Notes under the pieces: model-generated
Seen by the model: only the letters and a program-made list of their open reading frames with translations
Databases searched by the model: none
What the model was told of the DNA's origin: nothing
Shown: positions 9,803 through 22,098 of the stretch, piece by piece
Layout: the number at the start of each line of letters is the position of its first letter
Position numbering within the stretch: the first letter of the stretch is position 1
Program-made: the position numbers and the translations under genes
DNA from: Blastocladiella emersonii ATCC 22665
Lineage: Eukaryota > Fungi > Blastocladiomycota
Direction: 5' to 3'
Assembly (NCBI GenBank): GCA_025594325.1
Contig: JANHCV010000006.1
Span: 1,178,001-1,242,000, forward strand
DNA: 64,000 nt

Positions 9803-12800
9803 ATGAGCAAAAACACGATCGCCTCGGCCGACATGAAGGGATTGCACACCTTCATCTCGGACATTCGCGCCTGTACGCGCTCTTGCTCGCTGATGATGTG
9901 AAAGTGGAGCCGCCGACGCGCGCTGACGGACGGACGTCGTGTGACTAGGCCGCTCGCGCGACGCCGAGGAGAAGCGCATCAATAAGGAGCTCGGCCACAT
10001 CCGCCAAAAGTTCAAGGGTACGCTCTACCCACCTCCGCACTCGCCACCGCCCAACCTAACCGCGCTCCCGACGTCCAGAGGGCGGCATGTCCGGCTACGA
10101 GCGCAAAAAGTACGTGTGCAAGCTCGTGTACATGTACATTCTCGGGTACCGCATCGACTTCGGACACGTCGAGGCGGCGAACCTGCTGGCGAGCCCAAAG
10201 TACAAGGAGAAGCAGATCGGGTACCTGGCCGTGACGCTGCTGTTCAACGAGAACAGCGACGCGGTGCACCTGGTCGTCAACTCGTTCAAAAAGGACCTGG
10301 ACGCCGACTCGGACGTGGTCAACTGCCTCGTCCTCAACGCCATTGCCAACATTGGCGGCACCCAGCTCGCCGAGACGCTCGGGCCCGACGTGGTCAAGAA
10401 GCTGACGAGCCCCGCTGGCTCGCCCTTCATCAAGAAGAAGGCCGCACTGTGCCTGCTCAAGCTGTACCGCAAGCACCCGTCGACGTTCGTCCCCTCGGAA
10501 TGGGCCGAGCGCGCCGTGGCGCTGCTGACGCACCACGACCTCGGCGTCGTGACGTCGGCGGCGTCGCTGCTCAACCACGTCGTCGCCGAGAACCCGTCGG
10601 CGTGGATCATGGCGCTGCCCAAGACGCTGGACCGGCTGCACCAGATCGTGGTGCAGCGGGCGTACGCGGCGACGGACCTGTACTACAAGATCCCGGTCCC
10701 ATGGCTGCAGATCAAGCTGCTGCGTCTGCTGCAGAACTACGAGCCGCCGCACGCGCCGAGCGAGCGGTCGACGGCGCTCGCGGTGCTGCACGCGATCCTG
10801 GCCGCGACCCAGGACCAGCCCAAGCACCAGCAGCAGCTCAACGCCCTCAACGCCGTCTTCTTCGAGGCCGTGCGCCTGATCCTGCACTGGCAGCTCGAGC
10901 CCCAGCACAACGCGCCGCTCGTCGCCGAGGTCGCCAAGATGCTGGCCCGGTTCATGGGCGCCAAGGACTCGAACGCTCGGTACCTCGCGCTCGAGGTGTA
11001 CGCCATGATGCTCAACGCGGGCGTCCCGATCCCGGGCCTGCACGCGCTCGAGGGCACCATCGTCGCCGCGTGCCGCGACCGCGACAACTCGGTGCGCCAG
11101 CAGGCCCTCGACGTGCTGTACCGCATGGCCGACGCGACCACGGGGCCCGGCATCGTGACAGAGCTGCTGCGGCTGCTGGGCACGACTGAGGCGTCGACGA
11201 AAGAGGTGCTGGTGCTGCGCATCGCGATCCTGGCCGAGAAGTTTGCGCCGTCGTTCGAGTGGTACTTCCACACGCTGTGCGAGGTGCTGCTCAAGGCACC
11301 CGAGTTCACGTCCGACGACGTGTGGCACCGCATCGTGCAGCGGTTTTCGGCGCTCCCCGCCGACAACGCCACCGCCGACATGCTGCGCATGCTGTACGAG
11401 CAGGTCCGGCTGCCGAGCTGCCCCGAGAAGCTCCTGTGCCTGACCATGTACCTGCTGGGCGAGCGCGCCGACGCGCTGTGCCCCGACGACTCGGCAAACG
11501 CGGTTCCTCCGACCGATATCTTCCACGCGCTCTACTACCACTACACGTACCTGGCGCCCGCCGCCAAGGCGCAGGCGCTCACGACGTTTGTCAAGCTCGT
11601 CAACCTGTTCCCGGAAATCAAGCCGCTCGTCGCGCAGGTCCTCTCCGAGCACGCTAACGACCTCGACCTCGAGCTCCAGGAGCGCGCGTGCGAGTACCTT
11701 GCCCTCCTCCGTGCACCCGATCACGTCCTCATCGCCATCTGCGAGCAGATGCCCGCGTACACGGACCGCCAGTCCGCGCTCGAGTCGCGGCTCGCCGAGA
11801 AGGAGGCCAAGAAGAAGGCCGGCGCCGCGGGGTCCACGACGACCGCGCCCCCGTCGCCGACCCACGCCGAGGCCAGCGGCCCGCCGCAGCTCCTCATGGA
11901 CACGATGGGGCAGAGCGCCAAGGCGACGATTCCGCGCGGTGGTGGTGGTGCGAGTCCGTACAGCGCGGGTAGCGGCGGCAGCGGTGGCGGGATCATGGAC
12001 GACCTCCTCGGCATGTCCGCGTCGCCCGGCTACGCGCCCGTGCCCGTCTCCCCGACGCCCGCTGCGCCCGCGGCGAACGCGGCCGAGGCGCAGCAACGCC
12101 TGTTCGCGCGCTTCTTCCACGCGCGCGAGGGCGTCGTGTACCAGGACGCGACGATCCAGATCGGCGCCGTGGTCGACGTCGGTCCCCACCTCGGCCCGGG
12201 CGTGGCCAACGTGGTGCTGTACCTCGGGAACAAGACGGGCGTAGCGCTCGACGCCGTCCAAGTCGACGTGGCGAGCTGCCCCGAAGTCAGCGTGCAGGTG
12301 AGCGACGCGCCGCGGTCGATTGCGCCCGGCACGCAGGAGCGCGTCGGCATCGCGTGCGCGTTCCGCGGCGGCGCGCCGTCGGGCCCCGTGCAGGCGCGCG
12401 TCCGGTTCGCGGCACCCGTCGCGACGCCGACCGAGCTCGTGTTCCGCCTCCCCGCGCTCCTCACGTACTTCTGCGACCCGATCGTCGCCACCGCCGACCA
12501 GTGGGCCGCGCAGTGGGCGAGGCTCGCGGCGGTCGCGCCCGACACGCCCGTCGTGCTGCGGCCCGCGGGCGTAGGCGCGCGGGTCCACCTCGCGTGGCTC
12601 CGCCAGACGCTCGAGGGGATGCGGTGGCAGGCGATCGAGGACCCCGCCGACCCGCGCGTCCTGCGCGCGTGCGCGAAGCTGGTCCTCCCGCCCGAGGCCG
12701 TGGCGGCGGGCGGCGGCGGCGGGCAGTTCTGTCTCCTCGAGGTCCGGTGCAGCGATACCTTCGCCGAGTGCCAGGTCACGGTCCGGTCCGCGCCCACGGC

Positions 12801-12915
12801 CAAGGCCAGCGCCGCGGTCAAGGAGGCGGTCGGGTACCTCGTCACGGTGTCGATGCCCGCCGTTGCCCCGGCCGCGGCTGCCGCGGCGGTGGCGCCGAAT
12901 CCGTTTGGGCTTTGA
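9803..12915 (+). CDS. APL3: AP-2 complex subunit alpha (alpha-adaptin), 3 exons
   Basis: MKGLHTFISDIR, EEKRINKELGHIRQKF, YERKKYVCKLVYMY, KYKEKQIGYLA, IPVPWLQIKLLRLLQ, ELQERACEY, plus a C-terminal ear domain. Introns 9873-9948 and 10018-10078 restore a 991-aa frame. Confidence 0.95.
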
Positions 12916-13129
12916 GAGGACGTCGTTGAAGACTTGCAATACATGGGTTTCCGTTTCCACAGCGACGAAAGAGTAGAGGAGGGTGGCGGAGCGCCGTGAC
13001 CGAGCCGACGGCGACGCGTCGTTCAAGTCTCTCGGCCGCCCAACTCTCCCGCCACACCCACAACATCACGACGTAACAACGAAGCTACTCCCCGCAACGC
13101 AACGCACCGACCTCCCGCACGACGATACG

Positions 13130-13931
13130 ATGATGGACTTCCTGTTCGGGCAGCGCAAGACGCCGGCCGAGATGCTGCGTCAGCACCAGCGGGCGCTGCA
13201 GCGGGCGATGCGCGACCTGGACCGCGAGCGGATGAAACTCGAGCAGCAGGAGAAGAAGCTCGTTGCCGACATCAAGAAGACGGCGCGGGCCGGGCAGATG
13301 GGCGCGTGCAAGGTCATGGCCAAGGACCTGGTGCGGACGCGGCGCTACGTGCAGAAGTTCTACAACATGCGCACGCAGCTGCAGGCGGTCTCTCTGCGGA
13401 TCCAGACGCTGCAGAGCAACACGGCCATGGCCGAGGCGATGCGCGGCGTCACCAAGGCGATGCGCGGCATGAACCGGCAGATCAACCTGCCGCAGATCAC
13501 CAAGATCATGATGGAGTTCGAGAAGGAGGCCGAGATGATGGACATGAAGGAGGAGATGATGAACGACGCCATCGACGACGTCATGGAGGACGCCGACGAC
13601 GAGGAGGAGGAGGAGGAGATCGTCATGAAGGTGCTCGACGAGATTGGCATCGACCTCGACCAGAAGGTACTCGCTCCAGCGGCTGCCGTTCCGTGCGCGA
13701 CACGACTGACCCGCCCCGCCCCGTGACTAGTTTGCCGAGGCGCCCAAGACGTCGCTCGGCGCCGCGTCCAAGGTGTCGGCGCCAGCAGGCCGTGTCGCGC
13801 TCGCCGAGGGTGCCGGCGGCGCGTCCTCGTCCTCAGGCGGCGGCGGTGGTGCCGGCGGGAGCAGCGGCGGGGCCATGGACGACGACGCGGCCCTGCAGGC
13901 GCGCCTCGAGCAGCTCCGGCGAGGCGACTGA
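13130..13931 (+). CDS. VPS2: ESCRT-III subunit Vps2/Did4 (CHMP2A), one intron
   Basis: MDFLFGQRKTPAEMLRQHQRAL...AKDLVRTR. Intron 13667-13730 (GTACTC...TAG) joins an exon ending DDDAALQARLEQLRRGD*, the MIM1 motif. Confidence 0.95.
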
Positions 13932-14411
13932 GCCTCCTCCCCTCCCGCTCCTCGTGTGATAACGCTGCGTAATACAATTTTCGCAAAGGACTTTTACCGC
14001 CGCGGCGCGAGAGCGAGCACGCAAGGCGCGCGCCCAAGTTCGCGACGGGGCGGCGCCGCGCCCGGTATCCGCGCCGTCGGGTCGCCCTGCGCCGCCCCGC
14101 CGCGTCACGGTCACGGCGCGCCCGACGCCGCGGACCCCGACGCGCCCGCAGATGCCACGCGCGGGAGACGCGCCGCGCGAAGTCTTGAAAGCTGGCGCGG
14201 CCCGTCTCCCTCTTGAGCTCTCCCACCTTTCACGTACGGAAACGCCATGGGAAACCCGCGCCGCTGGCCCGCCCCGCCCACCGACACCAAGAAGCGCCGC
14301 GCCCAGCGCGAGCAGGAGCGCAAGACCCGCCAGCGCGCCAACCGCCGCGAGGGGTCCTCGCTCTCGGCCTCGCCCGCATCATCATCGCCGACCACCGAAC
14401 ACGACGATACC

Positions 14412-17034
14412 ATGGCATCGAATGGAACTGCTGCGGCACCAGAATCTATCGCCGACTATGCGACGCACCCAGTCGGCGGTACGCTCCCCCACAAGCTCAG
14501 GGACCACCGCCGATGGAGACTGACGCGCACGCACACGTCTAGACGTCGAGGCGTACCTCGCCGACGCGCTGCGCAAGCGCATCCTGTTCCTCGACGGGGC
14601 CATGGGCACCGAGGTGCAGAAGCTCAAGCTGACCGAGTCGCACTTCCGCGGCACGCGGTTCACGGCGCACCCGAAGGACCTGCTCGGCAACAACGACGTG
14701 CTGGTGCTGACGCTGCCCGACGCCATCTACACGATCCACAAAAACTACCTGCTGGCCGGCTCCGACATGGTCGAGACCAACACCTTCTCGGGCACGTCCA
14801 TCGCGCAGGAGGACTACCTGCTGCAGGACCTGGCCTACGAGATCAACTACGAGGCGGCGCGCCTCGCCAAGCGCGCGGCGCTCGAGGTCACCGCGCTCGA
14901 GCCGCACAAGCCGCGGTTCGTGTGCGGCGCCATCGGGCCGACCAACCGCACCCTGTCCATCTCGCCGTCGGTCGAGAACCCGGCGTTCCGCAACGTGACC
15001 TTCGACCAGCTCGTCGCCGCGTACAAGGAGCAGTGCCGCGGCCTGCTCGACGGCGGCGCCGACATTTTGCTCGTCGAGACCATCTTCGACACGCTCAACG
15101 CCAAGGCCGCGCTGTACGCCATCGACGAGCTCGTGGTCCTCGACGGGTTCCGCCGCACGCCGGTCCTCATCTCGGGCACCATCGTCGACCAGTCGGGCCG
15201 CACGCTGTCGGGGCAGACGGGCGAGGCCTTCCTCGTCTCGACGCACCACGCCGACCCGCTCGCCGTCGGCCTCAACTGCGCGCTCGGCGCCGACCAGATG
15301 CGCCCCTTCATCGAGGCCATCAGCAACTTCACCCCACACTACACTATCTGCTACCCGAACGCGGGCCTGCCCAACACCTTCGGCGAGTACGACGAGACCC
15401 CCGAGGTCATGGCGAAAAACGTCGAGCCGTTCGCCCAGGCCGGCTTCCTCAACATCGTCGGTGGGTGCTGCGGCACCACGCCCGCGCACATTGCCGCGCT
15501 CGTCAAGCAGCTCGGCAAGTACCCGCCGCGCAAGCCGCCCAAGAGCGTCTTCGACGCCAAGCTCGTGCTGAGCGGGCTCGAGCCGCTCGCCGTCGACGAG
15601 CTCACCAACTTCGTGAACATTGGCGAGCGGTGCAACGTGGCCGGGTCGCGCCAGTTCGCGCGGCTGATCGCCGAGGACAAGTACGAGGACGCGCTGGCGA
15701 TCGCGCGCACGCAGGTCGAGAACGGCGCGCAGATCATCGACATCAACATGGACGACGGCCTGCTCGACGGCGTCGCCGCAATGACGCGGTTCGTCAACCT
15801 GCTGTCGACCGAGCCCGATGTCGCGCGCGTCCCGCTCATGATCGACAGCTCCAACTTCGACGTGCTGCTCGCCGGGCTCAAGTGCACGCAGGGCAAGTGC
15901 ATCGTCAACTCGATCTCGCTCAAGGAGGGCGAGGAAGAGTTCCTGCACAAGGCGCGCATCATCAAGCGGTTCGGCGCGGCCGTCGTCGTCATGGCGTTCG
16001 ACGAGGAGGGCCAGGCCGCCGAGGCCGACCACAAGTTCGCCATCTGCCAGCGGTCGTACCGCCTGCTCGTCGACCGCGTCGGGTTTAACCCGCAGGACAT
16101 CATCTTCGACCCCAACATCCTGACCATCTGCACGGGCATGGACGAGCACAACAACTACGCCGTCGAGTTCATCAACGCGGTCGCGCGCATCAAGAAGGAG
16201 CTCCCCGGCGCCAAGGTCTCGGGCGGCGTCTCCAACATCTCCTTCTCGTTCCGCGGCAAGGAGGCCCTGCGCCAGGCCATGCACGCCGTGTTCCTGTACC
16301 ACGCGATCAAGGCTGGGCTCGACATGGGCATCGTCAACGCCGGGTTCCTCACCGTCTACTCGGAGGTGCCCGCCGACCTCCTCGCCCTGTGCGAGGCCGC
16401 CGTCTGGAACACGGCGCCCGACACCACCGAGAAGCTGCTCGAGTACGCGGAGCGGCACGGTAAGGGCAAGACGGGTGGGAAGGCGGCCGAGGCCGACGCC
16501 GAGGCGTGGCGCGCGGAACCCGTCGAGTCGCGGCTGTCGCACGCGCTCGTCAAGGGGATCACCAAGTTCATCGACGACGACGTCGAGGAGGCCCGCAAGC
16601 AGTACGCGCGCCCGCTGCACATCATCGAGGGCCCGCTCATGGCCGGCATGTCGATTGTCGGCGAGCTGTTCGGCAGCGGCAAAATGTTCCTCCCGCAGGT
16701 CATCAAGTCGGCGCGCGTCATGAAGCGCGCCGTCGCGTACCTGATCCCGTTCATGGAGGAGGAGCGGCTCGCGGCGCTCGCCGCCGCCAAGGCCAACGGG
16801 ACCACGGCCGAGGACGAGGTCGAGGACCCCGACGCCGCATACAACGGCACCGTCATCATGGCGACCGTCAAGGGCGACGTGCACGATATCGGCAAGAACA
16901 TTGTCGCGGTCGTGCTCGGGTGCAACAACTACAAGGTGATTGATCTCGGCGTCATGGTGCCCTGCGAGAAGATCCTCGACGCGGCGATCCAGCACCGCGC
17001 CCACATCATCGGGCTGTCGGGGCTCATCACGCCG

Positions 17035-17067
<33 letters not shown>

Positions 17068-18312
17068 CTGCAGCGCCGCAACATGGCCGTCCCGCTCCTG
17101 ATCGGCGGCGCCACCACGTCGCGCATGCACACGGCCGTCAAGATCGCGCCGCGGTACCGGCACCCGGTCGTGCACGTGCTCGACGCGTCCAAGTCGGTGG
17201 TCGTGGTCAGCTCGCTGCTCGACGAGAAGCTGCGCGACGACTTCATCGACTCGATCGACGAGGAGTACGAGGAGCTGCGCGAGGACCACTACGACTCGCT
17301 CAAGGACAAGCAGTACGCGCCGCTTGCAACCGCGCGCGCCCAGGCGTTCCGCATCGACTGGTTCGCCAACCCGCCGCCGCCGCGCCCGCACGTGCTCTGC
17401 GTCAAGGTCGACCCGGACTACGACCTCGACCAGGTGCTCGGCAAGATCGACTGGAACCCCTTCTTCCAGACGTGGCAGCTGCGCGGCCGGTACCCGAACC
17501 GCGGGTTCCCCAAGATCTTCAACGACGAGCACGTCGGCGCCGAGGCCAAGCGCCTGTACGACGAGGCCCAGGCCATGCTCCGCGATGTCGTCGGCAACCG
17601 CAAGCTGCGCGCCGAGGCCGTGTACGGGTTCTGGCCCGCCAACAGCGTCGGCGACGACATCCACGTGTACGCCGACGAGACCCGGTCCGAGGTCGTCGCC
17701 ACGTTCCACGGGCTCCGCCAGCAGGCCATCAAGGAGGCCGATACCACCATGTGCCTGAGCGATTTCGTGGCGCCGCGCGACTCGGGTATCGCCGACTACA
17801 TTGGCGCGTTTGCCGTCGGCGTGTTCGGCGCCGAGGCGCTGTGCGCGGCGCACGAGGCCGAGCTCGACGACTTCGGGTCCATCATGGTCAAGGCGATCGC
17901 GGACCGGCTCGCCGAGGCCGTCGCCGAGGACCTCCACGCGCGCGTCCGCACCGACCACTGGGGGTACGTGCCCGACGAGCACCTGTCGACCGAGGAGATG
18001 CTCGCCGTCAAGTACCAGGGGATCCGGCCCGCACCGGGCTACCCGAGCCAGCCCGACCACACGGAGAAGATCACCATGTGGAAGCTCATGGGCGTCGCCG
18101 AAAAGTCGGGCATCGAGCTGACCGAGTCGCTCGCCATGACGCCCGCGTCCGCGGTCTCGGGACTCTACTTTGCCCACCCGAAGGCGAGCTACTTTGCTGT
18201 CGGCAAGATCGCCAAGGACCAGGTCGTCGACTACGCGGCGCGGAAGGCGATGCCCGTTGAGGAGATCGAGAAGTGGTTGACGCCGATCCTCAACTACGAT
18301 CTCGACAACTAG
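14412..18312 (+). CDS. metH: Cobalamin (B12)-dependent methionine synthase MetH/MTR, one intron
   Basis: [39 protein letters not shown], the B12-binding motif [11 protein letters not shown] and the activation domain [14 protein letters not shown]. Intron 14479-14542 gives 1278 aa. An in-frame upstream ATG lies at 14247. Confidence 0.97.
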
Positions 18313-19420
18313 GCGGTGAGTTTTGATGAGATATTAGAGTAATTAATCGATTTTGTATCACATCCTCGCGCGTAGCTTGAGTGATGGCCGCGAGAGAAAC
18401 CCAGCGAAGTTGCAGGAAACCGAGATCTATTGAACGTGCCCACGAGCTCCACAACCATCATCCATCAGGGCCACCCTCGCCATCGGACTAGAGCCCCACA
18501 CGGCCAGCCTGCTCCGCGGTGCGACGCGATAGTTCCAGAGGGCCGCACTCGCGCGGGCGCCGCGGCAATCTTTTCACGGCGCTCGCGCGAGTGCAGCCCA
18601 TCACCGCGGTGCAGGCGCGTCGGCGGGACCCGAGTCGAGTAGTAATGGAGTAGCGAGACAGGTTGCGCGTGGACGAGATGCAGAATAGCATGAAGGCAGG
18701 CAGACGAGAGCATACAGACTTGGAAGCGGTAATTCAGCTTTGTGTAATCGAGATTGTGTCCTGGAGAAAGCCGTGTTGCATTGAGCTGGCGAAGCCCCCA
18801 CAAAGTGCAGGCTCAGGATGAGCTAAACCTGGTTACGACGCGGGCCCCAACGAGTATCGGACCGCGGTCGCGGTAGCGTTGCCCGCGCGATATCGTCGGG
18901 GCAGCAGGGGTCATCAGCCGCTGAGTAGCTAGAAAAGCGGCCATGACGGGAGGTGCCAACAAAGAGCGAGAGTCGACGATAGCCGTCGGCAACGGTCAAA
19001 AGTGCATGGATCCTTGGTGCCCGTCTCGAAGCAGATCAGCTTGGTCGCGCTGGCTCCAGGCGCGCATGCGTGCGCGAGGCGATGGCGTTGACGGCTTCGT
19101 GTGTGCGAGCACGCAGCCTATAGTTTCATGGGATTACATGCTTGGGTCCATTTTGGTGAAGTGCGAGGGAGAGGAGGCTTTGGGCGGCCGCGCGCCGCGG
19201 TGCCGTGGGCGTGGAAAGTGCTATGAACGTCGCGTGACGCGTTGCTTACCGCGCTCGCGTGGCGCACGCGCGCTGCTCTACGCCCTTCGCTTCACGACCC
19301 CCGAGCTCTTCTCAGCAAATCACCATGGACGACTATATGCAATGAAGGCTGTCGTCGTCAAACTTGCTTTTGTGAAAGTCGTCCGCCGTGCGACGCGAGC
19401 ACTCGGCGGTTCCGCCGAGC

Positions 19421-19843
19421 TCTGAGAGCGAGAACGCGCCACTGCAGTTGTACGACATGTCGCGACTAGACTAGCTTCTTTGGATCTTGGCGGCAGTGGT
19501 TGTGGAAGCCGCAACGAGTACGAGAACGCGGACAGTGGCGACGGGCCGCATTGTCGCTGAAGTCGCGCCTAAGTACCGGCACCTACTGATCTTCGCTGAG
19601 TGCGAGATGTCCCGCCGGTCTGCCCGGATGTGCGATCGAGAGGCACCCGTGTGAAGTGTTGGGTCCGCTTTTTTAACCCAGGATCTGCGCGGCAGCGACG
19701 CGACGGCCATGATGAAGAAGCTGCGCGCCGAGCTCGCCAAGCTCGCCAAGCTCGCCGAGACTGCACCTGAGCTCGGGCTGTCGATTTTGTACTCAGACGT
19801 CGGGCCCAACTGCTGCGCTCCAAACTCGCGGAAAACTTTGTAA
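19421..19843 (+). pseudogene. Decayed GNAT acetyltransferase remnant (fungal LYC1-like)
   Basis: One frame reads ...LD*LLWILA...LIFAECEMSRR...*SVGSAFLTQDLRGSDATAMMKKL...SILYSDVGP, with in-frame stops at 19472 (TAG) and 19652 (TGA). The motif order matches WILV / ILSSCET / IGSVF..P..RG / SILYSDIG as recalled for fungal GNATs. Confidence 0.5.
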
Positions 19844-20435
19844 GTCGTGCGATGCCGACTTCATGCACCACGCGGAGTCGCATGTAAGAACTTCCCGTCA
19901 ACACTCGCATGTGAGCTGTGGTGCTTTGCTGCGGCGCCTTGGTCGTTTTGACGGGGGTGACGCTACTTTCGCGTGGCGAGATTGACACGCGCTTCATTCC
20001 TGGAGCTTCGAGTCGTAGTTTGGGCTCTTGGACGAATGTGGAAGGAGAAGAAGCGGGCGGACGCTCTCCCATGCGACGCGACGCACAGCGTTTGAAGACC
20101 ACACCACTCGCGCCTGAACCAACCACCACACTCTCGACCCGCGCGCGCTCCTCTCAACGTGATACTACGATGATCCAATTAGTCTGGCAATACCACGGGT
20201 AAGTTGTTCGCGGCCAGCATCGTGTCACTCGAACATCAGTCTGGCTCCGCGGCACTGAAACTGAACCGCGCCATGCCCTCAAGATAGTTGGACGCGACGC
20301 TCACTGAGATCGGGCAAGCGGGTCGTCAACGCCTCACTTTAGACACGAACATCTCGCATCGCACTGGTGTTTTGTATGGTGCGTCGACGAACAAACTTCC
20401 AAGGAAGGTGGCGACGCTACGCGTTCACTCGCGCC

Positions 20436-20797
20436 TCATTCGGCAGCAGCCGCGGGCGCGGGACCGTCTCCTTGCGACGCTTGCGGCGCGTCGGCCGCGG
20501 GGTCATCCGCGTAAGCTCCGGGCCACGTCACGGAAATACCCGAGGCGCTAGCGGCCAGCGTGATGAGCCCGAGCACAAACGACATCGGTGACGGCGACAG
20601 GAACGGGGTCACGACGGCCATGATGGCCGAGGCGGCGTAGATGGGCAGCACGACGGGACGGGCGGCGACCGGCTCCATCCAGAGAACCGCCTCGCAAAAC
20701 AGCCCGAGCGCCGACGCTGTGAGCGGCGGGAAAAAGTCAGATTCGCGGCTACGGCGGCGAGGATGTGGGCGGCCGAGAGCCACTGCTTCTTATTCAT
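20436..20797 (-). pseudogene. Small hydrophobic membrane protein, copy A (apparent 1-nt frameshift)
   Basis: MNKKQWLSAAHILAAVAANLT joins FFPPLTASALGLFC...YAASAIMAVVT if one T is added to the T5 run (plus-strand A5 at 20731-20735). Aligns without gaps to copy B. Confidence 0.5.
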
Positions 20798-21373
20798 AGT
20801 GTCGATGCGTAAAGTTACATGTGTTTTCGAGGCCACAAGGGAGTGTGAGAGGGAGAGGGCGACGGGAGGTCAGAAGCAGCGGACGCGTGCTCGCCCAACG
20901 CGTGGCGCGACGCGTCCAAGGGACTCATCGCTTGCGGATCAGCTCGCGGATCGCTGTTCCGCGCGCGGAACTCGGCCTGATACCATTAATCAATCGTCTC
21001 AGCGAATCGACGTACCAAACTCGATGGCGGCCGCCAAACTCGTTGATGCGACGGTGAGAGGACTCTCTGCTGCAACTCGAGTTCGGGCCGTGCGTTCCCG
21101 TCGGCCATGCGATCGAGGAGGCCGAGAAAGAAGTAGTTGTGGCAACTCCGGAATGGACCTGATGCAGCACATCACCTCGTCACGCGCCAAGTCACTGGGC
21201 GCTCGTGTACGGTTCATGGAGCGCGGCAATCCTGTCGGCAGCATCCTGCGCTGCTTTGCGCTCAAGTATCAGACGGAACTCATCCAGGTTTTGTATTGAG
21301 CACACTTATTGCGGGCGCATCCACGTCGTGACGACGCGCGCTCACTCGGCCTTCGGCTTCTCCGCGTTCAGAA

Positions 21374-21894
21374 TCACGGCAGCAGGTGGCGGGCCTCGCG
21401 CGGCTCCACGGAAGCGTCAGCAGCCGGACCGTCAGGCACTACCGTCTGGACCGCGACATCCACCGACTCCTGCGCAGTCGACAGCGCGACGCCGCCTGTG
21501 ATGCCGAGAAGCGCCGTCAGGGCGCCGTACAGGCAGGCGAGGAGCGTCGGCGCCATACCCGCGGAGACGATGGCCAGGACGGTCGAGGTCAGGTAACTCC
21601 ACCACGTGAGCGGGTGCACTTCGCGTCGAGGCACCGCGAGTGGTCGGTTACAGAGGAGCCCGAGACCTGTCGCAACAAACGCGACGAAGAACTGGTCGTA
21701 GGCGACGATCGCTCGCTCCCGGTGGTGAACAGCCGTTTCACGGGCGGCACGCTTAGGGCGTCGTCCAGCGCTCGGCGGCGCTTGATGGGCCCGAGAGCCA
21801 GCCTGTGGCGACGCGTCAAGTCGCGCACGGAAACAAACGGTACACGCTGGCCGGATGCTGGACCTGATGCATGATCTGATGTGTCGTTCGCCAT
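21374..21894 (-). pseudogene. Small hydrophobic membrane protein, copy B (apparent frameshift near 21720)
   Basis: The MANDT... frame switches near 21718-21722 into ERAIVAYDQFFVAFVATGLGLLC...YLTSTVLAIVS...DGPAADA; paralogous to copy A. Confidence 0.5.
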
Positions 21895-22098
21895 GAAGCG
21901 ATCAGCGCGACGCGTCGGCCATGTCAGCGCGGCAGGGCTTGGTGGGCCCGTGAGTCAAGCCGTGGCCGCGCCGAGCGAGCTCGAGCTCGCAGGAAACCCT
22001 CAGGGATCGGCGGCCAGCAGGTTCCCTCTCTCTCCCTTGCAACCTGCACCCTTTCATGAATCATCACTGCCGGTAGCCGAACAACCACATCAGCGACT

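Noticed and set aside
14539-18177. 1212-aa antisense ORF opposite MetH, and similar long antisense or alternate-frame ORFs over AP-2 alpha, MetE, LAM, GATA, WD40 and NudE
   Set aside because: Expected by-product of extreme C/G third-position bias, which removes stop codons from the opposite strand; the translations carry no recognisable motifs.
19472-19654. In-frame TAG/TGA in the GNAT-like frame as stop-codon reassignment
   Set aside because: TAG, TGA and TAA all terminate intact genes in this window, and the frame also lacks part of motif A, so decay explains it better.
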